A stretch of 64,000 nucleotides of DNA. Origin: a virus. Within the stretch, counting starts at the first letter, position 1. Each line of letters starts with the position of its first letter. Where the stretch lies: IMG/VR virus record IMGVR_UViG_3300023240_000010. The stretch is one strand, 5' to 3'. Under the pieces are notes generated by a model that worked only from the letters and a program-made list of their open reading frames with translations, searched no databases and was not told the DNA's origin. Shown here in pieces: positions 8,635 through 17,335 of the stretch. A program made the translations under genes and the position numbers.

Positions 8635-9580
8635 CTGCGAGGTTTACTGCTTTGACTTTCTTCGCTTGATTAGATCCGAACCATGCAGACGCCATACGAG
8701 TATCAGCAGATCGACCCAACAAGTGATCGGTTGTGTAAGTCACTGCATTAAGTGCTTGCCACCATGATCCGCGTCCGTACTCAGCGCCCGGTTGTGTGTC
8801 AAGTTGATCCATCGCCAACTTAGCGGTGCGAGATAGATCATTGTATGCTTTTGCTTCACGAGCGGCAGCATTAGCAACTGGGAACACGTTGTTAAAGTAG
8901 TTAATCAAATCACCGAATGATGCTTGCTTGTGTCCTAAGTAATTCGCCATCTCTTTATACTGAGCAAACTTGTCGTGAGCAATTCCCATATGCGCTTTAA
9001 CTTCATCAGGATTAAACTTAGAACGGTGGTTCATAGTTACTTGATTGTTTGAGTTCGCACTGAGCGAGAATGTCAAGGTGTTGTTACATACTACACGAAT
9101 AGGAGTAAAGCGAACATTGATTGCTTTGCCATACTGATGTGGGTTAGATAGTAACAAGAACGAATCGACTTGATCATCACCAAGGATATCGAATGACTCA
9201 TTTACTTTAGCAAGAACCCAAGTGATTTGTCCATCCTTTAGTGAACCCGCAGTATGCATCTCCATATCGCCAGCGGCGCAGTACTCAGCAAAGAAATCGA
9301 ACGCTTCGCTATTCTGAACAGGATTCCATGACTTGCCTACGTTAGTTAGTACAGCATTGGTATCTGTACGGATAAGTGCTTCCTGACCCGTCTCAATTAA
9401 CTCACCACGCACGTTGATCAATGCAGGGTGCTTCTCCACACCCCAATCCAATCCCGCTTCGACCATCATCTCTCTCGGAGACAAATCTGTAGATACTTTA
9501 GTACCGAGACCATGCCAAGGAACTTGTCCTGCATATGCCATTTGTGCTTTACCGTTTACAATCTCTAATTCATGACTCAT
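8618..9580 (-). CDS. DUF932/DUF945 family protein (phage/plasmid-like, TIGR03299 type)
   Basis: PWHGLG..V, AGLDW.V, PVQN.EAF.F, TAGSL, TPIRVVCNNTL, W.ALNAVT. Confidence 0.88.
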   Translation of the reverse strand: MSHELEIVNGKAQMAYAGQVPWHGLGTKVSTDLSPREMMVEAGLDWGVEKHPALINVRGELIETGQEALIRTDTNAVLTNVGKSWNPVQNSEAFDFFAEYCAAGDMEMHTAGSLKDGQITWVLAKVNESFDILGDDQVDSFLLLSNPHQYGKAINVRFTPIRVVCNNTLTFSLSANSNNQVTMNHRSKFNPDEVKAHMGIAHDKFAQYKEMANYLGHKQASFGDLINYFNNVFPVANAAAREAKAYNDLSRTAKLAMDQLDTQPGAEYGRGSWWQALNAVTYTTDHLLGRSADTRMASAWFGSNQAKKVKAVNLAVEMAS

Positions 9581-9612
9581 AATATATCTCTCTTTCGCAT
9601 TAATGAAGTGTT

Positions 9613-9641
9613 ATTATAACATAGTTAATATGTAATTGCAA
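9613..9641 (-). promoter_or_regulatory. early promoter
   Basis: TTGCAA-17-TATAAT. Confidence 0.65.
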
Positions 9642-9649
9642 CATATATT

Positions 9650-9910
9650 TTAAGAAAAGTAAAAATAAATTACTATGCCTGTTGCTATCAAAAACAACCA
9701 CGTATTAATTGTTGATTTTGTTCTGGCATCAGCACAAGACTTACACACAAACACCTTTCGCTTGTTGACATACGCTCTTGATGATGTTGCTTTCTTTGTT
9801 TGATGACTATATCCATGAGAGGTATTAGTCTTCGTTATAGTGACTCGTTTCATGTTGGGTTGAATATCACGTTGCCCACAATCATAACAGGTTTTCTTTG
9901 CATACGTCAT
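9650..9910 (-). CDS. hypothetical protein with CxxC pairs and C-terminal TM
   Basis: CYDC...CKSC, hydrophobic tail. Confidence 0.6.
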   Translation of the reverse strand: MTYAKKTCYDCGQRDIQPNMKRVTITKTNTSHGYSHQTKKATSSRAYVNKRKVFVCKSCADARTKSTINTWLFLIATGIVIYFYFS

Positions 9911-10284
9911 TTTATTATCCTTTTATACATATATTTTGATTGATTCTGTCGCTTGAAATCGCCTGACAGTTTACCCTTGTAAGTATGGCACATATCACAT
10001 AGTTCCATACAGTTGCTCGGATCGTTTTCTAAGTGATCACCATTTATATGATCGATCTGAGTCTGTCCCCATGCCCACGGTGCTTTGACATAATCGAGTG
10101 GACATTCGAATCCAAGTTGACCGTTCTGATTACTACAGTCACCAGTCTTGAATGGAGTTACACCTTCTGCTAGTGTCGCGGCACCATATCCAGCACGATG
10201 ACAACGAGAACAGAAGGATCTCCATCTACTACCGCAATGAGTCACTAGTTTTTCACAACCGTAATTTAAGCATATTGGTCTCAT
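9907..10284 (-). CDS. HNH endonuclease-like protein
   Basis: QIDHINGDHLENDPSNCMELCDMCH (HNH core) plus N-terminal Cys cluster. Confidence 0.75.
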   Translation of the reverse strand: MRPICLNYGCEKLVTHCGSRWRSFCSRCHRAGYGAATLAEGVTPFKTGDCSNQNGQLGFECPLDYVKAPWAWGQTQIDHINGDHLENDPSNCMELCDMCHTYKGKLSGDFKRQNQSKYMYKRIIK

Positions 10285-10907
10285 AGTGAGAACTCCCCTA
10301 TTTTTTTCTCTTCACGAATTTTCTCCATTCGATCACGGGCAGCAACCCAGTTCTCAAATGACATTGGTTTACGAGCATCGCCAAACTTGAGTTTGTTTTG
10401 CTTGAATGAATCTGCTAGAACTTTCTTGAATTGACTACCCATGAACTGTCCCACAAGTTTCAGTAATGCTTGACGAAACGAACGTCCGTGGTGCATGTGA
10501 CCAAGAGTGTGAGCAAGTTCGTGCAACAAAGTGTACATATCTAAACCAGAATTGACATTTAAGTATACAGTCTTGCCGTTAGTAGAACCAGCAGTTCTTC
10601 CTGAGGCGCGCTTCATCTGTACTACGTCAGGATAGTTGTTGAAGATTCTACCGACATTGTTCTCGACAGATTCTTTCCACATCTTCTCCCACAACTTAGA
10701 CTTGTAGATTTTCTTAGTGAATTTTTCTGCTTCTGCGATAGACTTGAATATAGGGATCTGAACAGAGCGTTGGAATCTCCACTCTGCATCGTAGCACTTG
10801 GTGCGCTCCATGTCCTTAGAACCGCGCATCTCGCCCTTGTTCTGCTTGATTTGATGTTTAGTTACGTACATCTCGTAAAGACTTGAATCTGCGATTTTGA
10901 AGAACAT
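10281..10907 (-). CDS. HEXXH zinc metallopeptidase-like protein
   Basis: TLLHELAHTLGHMHHGRSF. Confidence 0.75.
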   Translation of the reverse strand: MFFKIADSSLYEMYVTKHQIKQNKGEMRGSKDMERTKCYDAEWRFQRSVQIPIFKSIAEAEKFTKKIYKSKLWEKMWKESVENNVGRIFNNYPDVVQMKRASGRTAGSTNGKTVYLNVNSGLDMYTLLHELAHTLGHMHHGRSFRQALLKLVGQFMGSQFKKVLADSFKQNKLKFGDARKPMSFENWVAARDRMEKIREEKKIGEFSL

Positions 10908-10916
10908 GGTAGTTAC

Positions 10917-11023
10917 TCTCTCTGTCTAATGAGGTACCATTATATCACGAGAGAGTAACATCCACAAGCATTATTATGATTTAATAACACTATTTTTAGA
11001 GTATTTTGTTATATGTTTATAAC
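10917..11023 (-). promoter_or_regulatory. early promoter cassette with GTTATA-N4-TATAAC palindrome
   Basis: TATAAT 10944-10939; leader nearly identical to 2871/16166; palindrome 11008-11023. Confidence 0.65.
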
Positions 11024-11031
11024 CTTTCGAT

Positions 11032-11472
11032 CTATAGAACGACAACACCTTCAGCAATTAATCGCTCTCGATTTGCCAAATGCTGGGCATCAACATCATC
11101 TTTACTGCCGCCGAAGTAAGGTACAGCATGACCTTCCTCAACCAGAATCTTTGTAGCACCTCGCCAAGAGTCACTAGTCACATCATACACATCGAAGTCA
11201 CCAAGAATACGACCGAACTTACCCTTTGCATCTTCGCCTTTGATTACTTCAGTCCTTAGAATTGCTGTCTTACCTAACAATTCTTTGAGTCTCTTAGATG
11301 CCGCTTTACCAAACTTCTTCTCTACCTTATCGCGAGTACGTGATTCTGGCGTATCGATGCCCATCATGCGAACACGTTCTTTGCGCAACCAAACGCCGAA
11401 TCCCAGATCGATGTCTACATCTACTGTGTCTCCGTCAACTACTCTTAATATCTCTACTTTGTAATCGTACAT
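11032..11472 (-). CDS. thermonuclease (staphylococcal nuclease family)
   Basis: RVVDGDTVDVDIDLGF, RVRMMGIDTPE, GKFGRILG. Confidence 0.9.
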   Translation of the reverse strand: MYDYKVEILRVVDGDTVDVDIDLGFGVWLRKERVRMMGIDTPESRTRDKVEKKFGKAASKRLKELLGKTAILRTEVIKGEDAKGKFGRILGDFDVYDVTSDSWRGATKILVEEGHAVPYFGGSKDDVDAQHLANRERLIAEGVVVL

Positions 11473-11864
11473 TATTTTTCCTCTACGACCTCTTTGGGTT
11501 CGTCATTAATAGTTCGGTAGTATACCACAACTTCCTTTAACTGTCCTATGTACCGTTTTATTTCCTGCATGTTATATGCCATCAACTCATAGTCATCAAT
11601 TGTCATTGCAGTAAAGACTACTGTACCGTTTAGTTTCTCCATCTCTGCGAGAAACGTATCCAGATTCTTATCTGATACAACATAGAAGTATGGTTCTTTC
11701 AGATCGATTGCACGAGGCAGAGTAGGATGCACAATGGGTATCTTCACCTCTATAGTACGAATCTCGACTGGAATAACTTTAGGTGCTTGAGGAAGTAACG
11801 AACAACCTGTACTAATTAAGATTGCTGATAAAAGCAGAATCTTCTTCGATGCTGTCAAATACAT
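11472..11864 (-). CDS. putative o-spanin (outer-membrane lipoprotein)
   Basis: lipobox ISTGC, Pro-rich segment, overlaps 3' end of i-spanin-like gene; start uncertain. Confidence 0.65.
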   Translation of the reverse strand: MYLTASKKILLLSAILISTGCSLLPQAPKVIPVEIRTIEVKIPIVHPTLPRAIDLKEPYFYVVSDKNLDTFLAEMEKLNGTVVFTAMTIDDYELMAYNMQEIKRYIGQLKEVVVYYRTINDEPKEVVEEK

Positions 11865-12204
11865 TCTTGGTCCCCTTGTTAATACGTGGTTCAATTAGTC
11901 CAGGTTTTGCTGCCGCTAATTTGCTTAGATTGTGTCTACGGAAGATGTTCATGTATCGAGACATCTCGCCTTCGATCTCCGAGTTACGTGCCGACTGTGC
12001 GCTTAGTGCTTCACTAGTCTTTGTCAGATTGTTCTGAAGGGCGTCGATAGTAGCAATCTGTTCCTGCTGTCTTAACTCTTGTGCCTGTAGAACTAACTGC
12101 TGTTGCTCCACCTTAGTGACTAATGGCAGATGCGCAAATGTATAGAACAGATAGAAACCTATAGAACCACTCAGTATCACACCGAACAGTATTTTACTTA
12201 TCAT
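11812..12204 (-). CDS. putative i-spanin
   Basis: N-terminal TM, coiled coil, LAAAKPGLIE..IN motif typical of T4-like spanins. Confidence 0.7.
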   Translation of the reverse strand: MISKILFGVILSGSIGFYLFYTFAHLPLVTKVEQQQLVLQAQELRQQEQIATIDALQNNLTKTSEALSAQSARNSEIEGEMSRYMNIFRRHNLSKLAAAKPGLIEPRINKGTKNVFDSIEEDSAFISNLN

Positions 12205-12422
12205 AGCGCACCTGCAAGAACCATTAGACCTTCTGCAATCGTTGCCGCGAGGATTCTATCCTTTTCAGTATCAAGCAGTTTAATGATAGTCGATGTATCA
12301 ACAACATCTTTGATCAACTCATCATACTCATCTTGTGCAAGTTCACCATTATCCAGGTAACTCTTCAACTCATGAATGTGGATCTCTGCTTTCTTTTCCC
12401 AAACTTCTAATACTAAGTTCAT
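12201..12422 (-). CDS. hypothetical protein
   Basis: translationally coupled ORF. Confidence 0.6.
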   Translation of the reverse strand: MNLVLEVWEKKAEIHIHELKSYLDNGELAQDEYDELIKDVVDTSTIIKLLDTEKDRILAATIAEGLMVLAGAL

Positions 12423-12793
12423 TTCTTTATCCTTGTTCCGAATACCGATAGTGCTGTGTCAGTCACATCTCGAATACTCTTTCGTTTCATTTTACAGTAG
12501 ATTATACTGGGCGACTCCCTGACCAACAACTCACCTGCGAGACTTTGAATCTCACTGTAGATTTTTGTGGTGTTGCTGTTGAGTGTATGTTCACTGTATG
12601 CAGTGAGAACGGATGCAAGACGATGTATCTCTTTTAGTTCGTCTTGATCGCAGGGACTAGGTGTTACTGATGCAGATACATGAAGTTCTGCGAGATAACC
12701 AAACTCTTGGTTGTCGAAGTTGTCTGGGAATAAACTACATCCAGACATTAATAATGCTAGTGCTATTATACTAACTTTGCGGTATGTTACCAT
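12419..12793 (-). CDS. lipoprotein
   Basis: signal peptide with lipobox LMSGC. Confidence 0.7.
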   Translation of the reverse strand: MVTYRKVSIIALALLMSGCSLFPDNFDNQEFGYLAELHVSASVTPSPCDQDELKEIHRLASVLTAYSEHTLNSNTTKIYSEIQSLAGELLVRESPSIIYCKMKRKSIRDVTDTALSVFGTRIKK

Positions 12794-13004
12794 TTTCTTT
12801 TACCCACGCTATTTCTTTCTTGGTGAGATCACGAAACTTTCGACGCGATACTGACCACTGCTTCTTCGGTTTCGAGAATCGCATCTCTTTACCGCCTTTG
12901 GGTATATAACCTAACAATTGCTCACCCATAGTAATATATATGTGGTTGCTTATCTTGTAATTGCCCCAATCGGTTGTCTCTTCGCGGTATCGTTCTGCCA
13001 TCAT
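12771..13004 (-). CDS. conserved hypothetical phage protein
   Basis: EETTDWG...NHIY...GY.....F..P...SRRKF. Confidence 0.65.
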   Translation of the reverse strand: MMAERYREETTDWGNYKISNHIYITMGEQLLGYIPKGGKEMRFSKPKKQWSVSRRKFRDLTKKEIAWVKENGNIPQS

Positions 13005-13184
13005 TTAGTCCTCTTTGTTCTATTCAATTCACCAGCAAATAATGTGTACGTGAACTTGTTGGTAGTCACTGTAAGTCCATCAAAAGAAATCACTGTCTCT
13101 TTGGACTTCTTATCTTCTTCAATCTTTTTCGTCAGAGTCGCTAGGCAATCCCAGTTTGTCTTCAGTGTATAATCTACCATTATA

Positions 13185-13493
13185 TCAGGATCTTCTCATG
13201 TTTGCAATGTCTATTGCTTCTTGTTGATTGAGGATTGGCACCGCATTTGATTTGTGCATTGTAGCAATACCCTTGATAAGTGTGCCGGTATATCTCATTC
13301 TTTCTTTTCTTTCAGTATTACCAATACTAACATCAAGAGATTTATAAACCTTAGTCTCTCTTTGGTAGGGTCCATCAGCAACAACTAATTCTTTGAATGC
13401 TGGTGGTGTGTACTTGTCATACACAACACCACGCGCTTTCTTCTTTTTGATTTTACGACCATAAAAGTCGTGTGTCATGCTACCGTAATTCAT
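13185..13493 (-). CDS. conserved hypothetical T4-like phage protein
   Basis: YTGTLIKGIATMHKSNAVPI...A.DIANMRR motif. Confidence 0.8.
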   Translation of the reverse strand: MNYGSMTHDFYGRKIKKKKARGVVYDKYTPPAFKELVVADGPYQRETKVYKSLDVSIGNTERKERMRYTGTLIKGIATMHKSNAVPILNQQEAIDIANMRRS

Positions 13494-13662
13494 CTAACCA
13501 CGCCTTGGTTATATCGAGACCGTTGATCTTAGATTCTTTCTTCTTGTCAACGTGCGTGTTAGGTTTGTTGAACTTCTCCATGTTCTTTGCAACAGGGTTA
13601 GTGTTGCTGAAATCCTTCGCTGTATTCTTACGATTACTTCTTTTTGACTGTGAACGTCCCAT
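13480..13662 (-). CDS. small basic hypothetical protein
   Basis: NPVAKNM.KFNKP.THVDKKK motif; GAGGAG RBS; promoter TTGCAT/TATAAT at ~13688-13715. Confidence 0.65.
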   Translation of the reverse strand: MGRSQSKRSNRKNTAKDFSNTNPVAKNMEKFNKPNTHVDKKKESKINGLDITKAWLDELR

Positions 13663-13719
13663 CACTAACTCCTCATAATATATGATATTATAACACATCC
13701 CTGTGTTATATGCAACCAT

Positions 13720-13971
13720 TTATTTAAACAGTTCGTCGTACAGTGCTTCGAGGTCCTCGTAGTCTGCCTTAACATCATTCATCGATTGCTTATGATAGAT
13801 CACCGCAAGTTTACGAATCTGCTTCTTATCGACACCAGTATTTTCGAACGTCACCTGAACGATGTCTTTCTGCAAATCTTTCTCTGCATCAACACGTAGC
13901 ATCGAATCGGACAACTCTTTGATGGCGTCTTTTACTTTCTTACGGTCTTCTGGACTACTAATCATTTTCAT
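13720..13971 (-). CDS. DsbA-like dsDNA-binding protein (T4 DsbA/GapR-like)
   Basis: IKELSDSMLRVDAEKDLQKDI...IRKLAVIYHKQ...LYDELF. Confidence 0.7.
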   Translation of the reverse strand: MKMISSPEDRKKVKDAIKELSDSMLRVDAEKDLQKDIVQVTFENTGVDKKQIRKLAVIYHKQSMNDVKADYEDLEALYDELFK

Positions 13972-13992
13972 TCTCTCATTATTAAATTAAAT

Positions 13993-14472
13993 TTACTTAC
14001 GTTTATACCAAGAGGCAAAAGTGTATCTTGTTCCCTCTGTAATTGGTGTTACTTTGTGCCAATAGTGTATTCCATCATAGAATACAATACGTCCCTTCTT
14101 TGGTGCTACCGTTGTTCCATCAGCAAACTCAGTAAACCCACCTTCGAAATCATCATTCAAATACAATATCGAGGTGAAAACTGTGTGCTTACTTGCTACA
14201 TCACTGTGCAGATTCATGAAAGTACCTAGCGACCATTCATAGATTTGTGCCCAGTGTACCTTACTTTCTGCTAGTTGCTGTGCCTCAATGTTCTGCTTAT
14301 CCCAAACATGTGCTATCAACTCATTTAAGGGTGAATCTTCGCCACAGTCAAGATTGTTATACTTGCAATTCTTGAATGCGGGTTTAGATTCACCTGCATT
14401 ATAATAATCTATTAACAAGTCAGCGATATGTTCTTCGATGAAATTGTCGATTATTATAATCTTTTTAGACAT
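13993..14472 (-). CDS. 2OG-Fe(II) oxygenase
   Basis: HSD, ILYLNDDFEGG, PKKG..V.Y, H.V.PI..G.RY. Confidence 0.9.
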   Translation of the reverse strand: MSKKIIIIDNFIEEHIADLLIDYYNAGESKPAFKNCKYNNLDCGEDSPLNELIAHVWDKQNIEAQQLAESKVHWAQIYEWSLGTFMNLHSDVASKHTVFTSILYLNDDFEGGFTEFADGTTVAPKKGRIVFYDGIHYWHKVTPITEGTRYTFASWYKRK

Positions 14473-14846
14473 TACCAAGTCAACTCGATACGCGAATCTG
14501 CCTTACCGTTCCAGTTCACTTGAATACCACACTCTGCGAAGATAGGCAACACTTCGATGAGATTTTTAACACCCTCTTCACTTCCGCTGAAACAAAACAG
14601 ACTTTCGTTGGTCGAATCAGTGGTGTGGAAGTGCCGGTCCCACTCCATTTCATCATCATCATCATCATCATAATCCACTTCTTCTTCGATGTCCTGCTCA
14701 TGATTGAACAATACCTTCTCGAGATCAATATCATCTTCGCAGGATACTTCATCCCATGCGCAAGTCTGACAGCAAGGTAAACCCCAAGCACAATACCAAC
14801 CATCTCTGCGTAGTCGTACAAATGCTCTTTCTAAGTTATTCATCAA
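14472..14846 (-). CDS. hypothetical protein (DUF6891-like)
   Basis: AF..LR..G.......CCQTCAW...W.G....RI. Confidence 0.55.
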   Translation of the reverse strand: MMNNLERAFVRLRRDGWYCAWGLPCCQTCAWDEVSCEDDIDLEKVLFNHEQDIEEEVDYDDDDDDEMEWDRHFHTTDSTNESLFCFSGSEEGVKNLIEVLPIFAECGIQVNWNGKADSRIELTW

Positions 14847-15081
14847 GACCTAACTCCCTTCTCTTCAGAGCAAAGTTCTGCTCTAATACTCGCCATAGAT
14901 TTTCAAACCTAATAGTTGATATTTGATGTAACCCTAACAATGCATTCTGTATCTCATCTTCTGACATAGTTTCGGTCGCATGGTAAATATCATTAATATC
15001 ATCTACAGTCTGCCACGCTTTCATAACATAGGTTTCAAGATCATGCAAGGTATTCTCTTCGCTTCTAAACTTCTCCATCAT
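14836..15081 (-). CDS. hypothetical protein
   Basis: DLE..M.AW..VDD...NALLGL......RFE.LW pattern. Confidence 0.65.
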   Translation of the reverse strand: MMEKFRSEENTLHDLETYVMKAWQTVDDINDIYHATETMSEDEIQNALLGLHQISTIRFENLWRVLEQNFALKRRELGLDE

Positions 15082-15460
15082 TCATCTCCCGTTGTCCAAT
15101 TTCATCTTCCATACAGTTGCGAAATTCTGGTCGAATACCAGGTATCTTTACCACTGCTTCAAGATGAGCAGTATCCATTTCAGCAATAGTTACAAATTTA
15201 AGTGGTTGATCACCATTGATACCATACGTTCCCCACTTCAGTATTTCTCGCTGTACAGAATGTGGTTCATCATCATACAGACTCATTTCAATATAAGGAG
15301 CAGAGTCGTGTTGATTACGTCTGCCATAATCTAATCCACCATCAACCATATAAGTCAACCCATTGGCATCCTTATACGTTTTATAGTCGTGCCGATGTGT
15401 CGATTCTAAGATCGTGCCATCAGGTGTTTGAATTGCATTGCGAATAAGATTCGGGGGCAT
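15065..15460 (-). CDS. conserved hypothetical phage protein
   Basis: NAIQTPDGTILES.HRHDY, YMVDGGLDY.RR, WGTYG.NGDQPL. Confidence 0.8.
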   Translation of the reverse strand: MPPNLIRNAIQTPDGTILESTHRHDYKTYKDANGLTYMVDGGLDYGRRNQHDSAPYIEMSLYDDEPHSVQREILKWGTYGINGDQPLKFVTIAEMDTAHLEAVVKIPGIRPEFRNCMEDEIGQREMNDGEV

Positions 15461-15462
15461 AA

Positions 15463-15873
15463 TTATACCATCTTATCAAAGGGGAAACAATCAAGAAAGA
15501 GTTCACGTTCAAGGCGATACGCTTCTTTCTCCCAAGGTTGGTTAGTGTAAGCGTAGTTGTCAGCATTGCGACCCTTCCACTTCCACACACCGTCGGCGCT
15601 CAACTCACCGCGTAGAAACTGTCGAGCATGTACCATCTCGTGTGCGAGTGCTTGCATCTGTTCAAGGAAAGTCTGTCCTTTCTTACCGATCTGAATGTAG
15701 GCATAATCTGTGTCGCCCTCACACAGACCTTGAGCATAGTTAGGCAGTTCAGATTTGAACTTGATAGTCACCAACTTAGAAGTGAATCGATGAATTTTTA
15801 GAGCACCCATAAGACGCGCAACATACTCTTCGACTATTTCTGGTTTGGCATGACGACCTTCAATACTAAACAT
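15463..15873 (-). CDS. HEXXH metallopeptidase-like protein
   Basis: LAHEMVHARQF.RGEL...Y..QPWEKEAY. Confidence 0.8.
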   Translation of the reverse strand: MFSIEGRHAKPEIVEEYVARLMGALKIHRFTSKLVTIKFKSELPNYAQGLCEGDTDYAYIQIGKKGQTFLEQMQALAHEMVHARQFLRGELSADGVWKWKGRNADNYAYTNQPWEKEAYRLERELFLDCFPFDKMV

Positions 15874-15906
15874 AACAACACTCTCTCTCACTCAATTTGT
15901 ACAACG

Positions 15907-15935
15907 ATTATCTCACAATCTTACGATGATGTCAA
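15907..15935 (-). promoter_or_regulatory. early promoter
   Basis: TTGACA-17-GATAAT. Confidence 0.7.
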
Positions 15936-15940
15936 CACTT

Positions 15941-16159
15941 TTATGCGGGTTGATGCACATCAATTGTATCGATAATCTTATTAAGTACCGCAGGATTCTT
16001 ACATGCTAGATAGACCAGCATAGACTGAAGATAACCAACTGTATAGTTAGCATCATGAATATCAAACTCATTAGCACCTGACTCTGCGATGAGGTCAGTC
16101 ATTTGTTGAACTAGTTTCTGAACTTTATCAACGGCAACTGCATTCTGTATAAATTTCAT
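15941..16159 (-). CDS. hypothetical protein
   Basis: first gene after promoter cassette; Y.VGYLQSM motif. Confidence 0.65.
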   Translation of the reverse strand: MKFIQNAVAVDKVQKLVQQMTDLIAESGANEFDIHDANYTVGYLQSMLVYLACKNPAVLNKIIDTIDVHQPA

Positions 16160-16253
16160 AATATGTCTCTCTGTCTAATGAGGTACTATTATATCATACT
16201 GGCGAATATAGTCAATAGATTAATCATTTATTTGATGAATAGTCATCATTCAT
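16156..16253 (-). promoter_or_regulatory. early promoter cassette with ATGAAT-N7-ATTCAT palindrome
   Basis: TTGACT (16215-16210) / TATAAT (16193-16188); palindrome 16235-16253; 38 bp identical to 2861-2898. Confidence 0.85.
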
Positions 16254-16533
16254 CGGATTTATGGTCTATCGGAGTTATGCCGATCTTCATAATTCTCTTG
16301 TCACTTATGTCGGTTAAGTATGAATTATCTTCTCGAAACATGGCGTATGCCTCCCTATTAGACAATGCTCTATGAGATACTATCTGCTCACCTAACCAGT
16401 CTTGTGAAAACTCTTTTGCTTCTTCCATCACCACGGTGTCACATGCCCATTCTTCAGGAGAATCATCCTCTAACTCAACACAATATCTCATTCTATAGGT
16501 GCTTATACATTCTACCATCACTAACTTAGTCAT
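16246..16533 (-). CDS. conserved hypothetical phage protein
   Basis: VMVECIS.YRMRYCVE...WA.DTV...EA.EFSQ.WLGEQIVSHR. Confidence 0.7.
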   Translation of the reverse strand: MTKLVMVECISTYRMRYCVELEDDSPEEWACDTVVMEEAKEFSQDWLGEQIVSHRALSNREAYAMFREDNSYLTDISDKRIMKIGITPIDHKSDE

Positions 16534-16729
16534 TCCATTCTCCAAATATAGAGGGTGCTAGTTTTTGCGCCTCTTCCATATGGTATTCGCCGGGATAGTG
16601 CTTCAAGCAACTGTATGCTTGTTTACGTATAGCACTCGGTGCCCTGGGTGTCTTCTTTGGATCCATCAAGTCAATTAGAAATTGTCTAGTATAGTTTACT
16701 GCTCTCCGTCTTTCGTTTGGCATTGTCAT
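16526..16729 (-). CDS. BPSL0761-like small protein
   Basis: MTMP.ER.RAV...RQFL..L..P..TPR.P..IR..A...LKHYP. Confidence 0.75.
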   Translation of the reverse strand: MTMPNERRRAVNYTRQFLIDLMDPKKTPRAPSAIRKQAYSCLKHYPGEYHMEEAQKLAPSIFGEWND

Positions 16730-16730
16730 A

Positions 16731-16898
16731 TTATTTTTCTCTAGTAATGAACACCTTTAGTGTACGATTATCATCTTGTAGACTATAACTGATATTTTCA
16801 CGAGCGTCCATGTAATTAACGTATGATCGCCCATGCTGATCTATCACTTCGAATCGCGTAATTTTCTGGTATGCTGCCACTATTTCACTGTCGGTCAT
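16731..16898 (-). CDS. hypothetical protein
   Basis: ITRFEVID..GRSYV...SLQDDNRTLKVFI. Confidence 0.65.
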   Translation of the reverse strand: MTDSEIVAAYQKITRFEVIDQHGRSYVNYMDARENISYSLQDDNRTLKVFITREK

Positions 16899-17335
16899 TA
16901 TATTTTCTCCACTGCAATGCCACACTTATTCAGAAATATTTCACCTTCGTTAGTTCTTAAATGAGGTGTATTATAATATACGTAATTTATTCCAGATTGA
17001 TATATTAACTTAGCACATTCTAAACAAGGAGCAGTCGTGGTATATAATGATGCGCCTTCGGTCGATTCAGATGATCGAGCAACCTTAGTGATTGCATTTG
17101 CTTCTGCATGAAGAACTTCGTCTTTGGTGACTAGTTTTCTACCGTAACCTGTGTTGCCAGTCTTTACTTCATGTTCGCATACATTATCCCAACCACTAGG
17201 CATACCATTGTATCCTATTGAGATGATGCGGTTATCCTTAACAATAACGCAACCAACTTTCAGTCGTACTGCATGTGACAGTTGTGCATAGGTTGACGCA
17301 ACTGCCATATGTGCTAAGTCCCATTTATCAATCAT
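16898..17335 (-). CDS. cd: dCMP deaminase
   Basis: KVGCVIVKD.RIISIGYNG, HAEANAI, PCLECAK zinc ligands. Confidence 0.93.
   Translation of the reverse strand: MIDKWDLAHMAVASTYAQLSHAVRLKVGCVIVKDNRIISIGYNGMPSGWDNVCEHEVKTGNTGYGRKLVTKDEVLHAEANAITKVARSSESTEGASLYTTTAPCLECAKLIYQSGINYVYYNTPHLRTNEGEIFLNKCGIAVEKI

Noticed and set aside
14651-14671. (CAT)7 microsatellite as a phase-variation tract
   Set aside because: In-frame triplet repeat encoding a poly-Asp run; slippage would not shift the frame.
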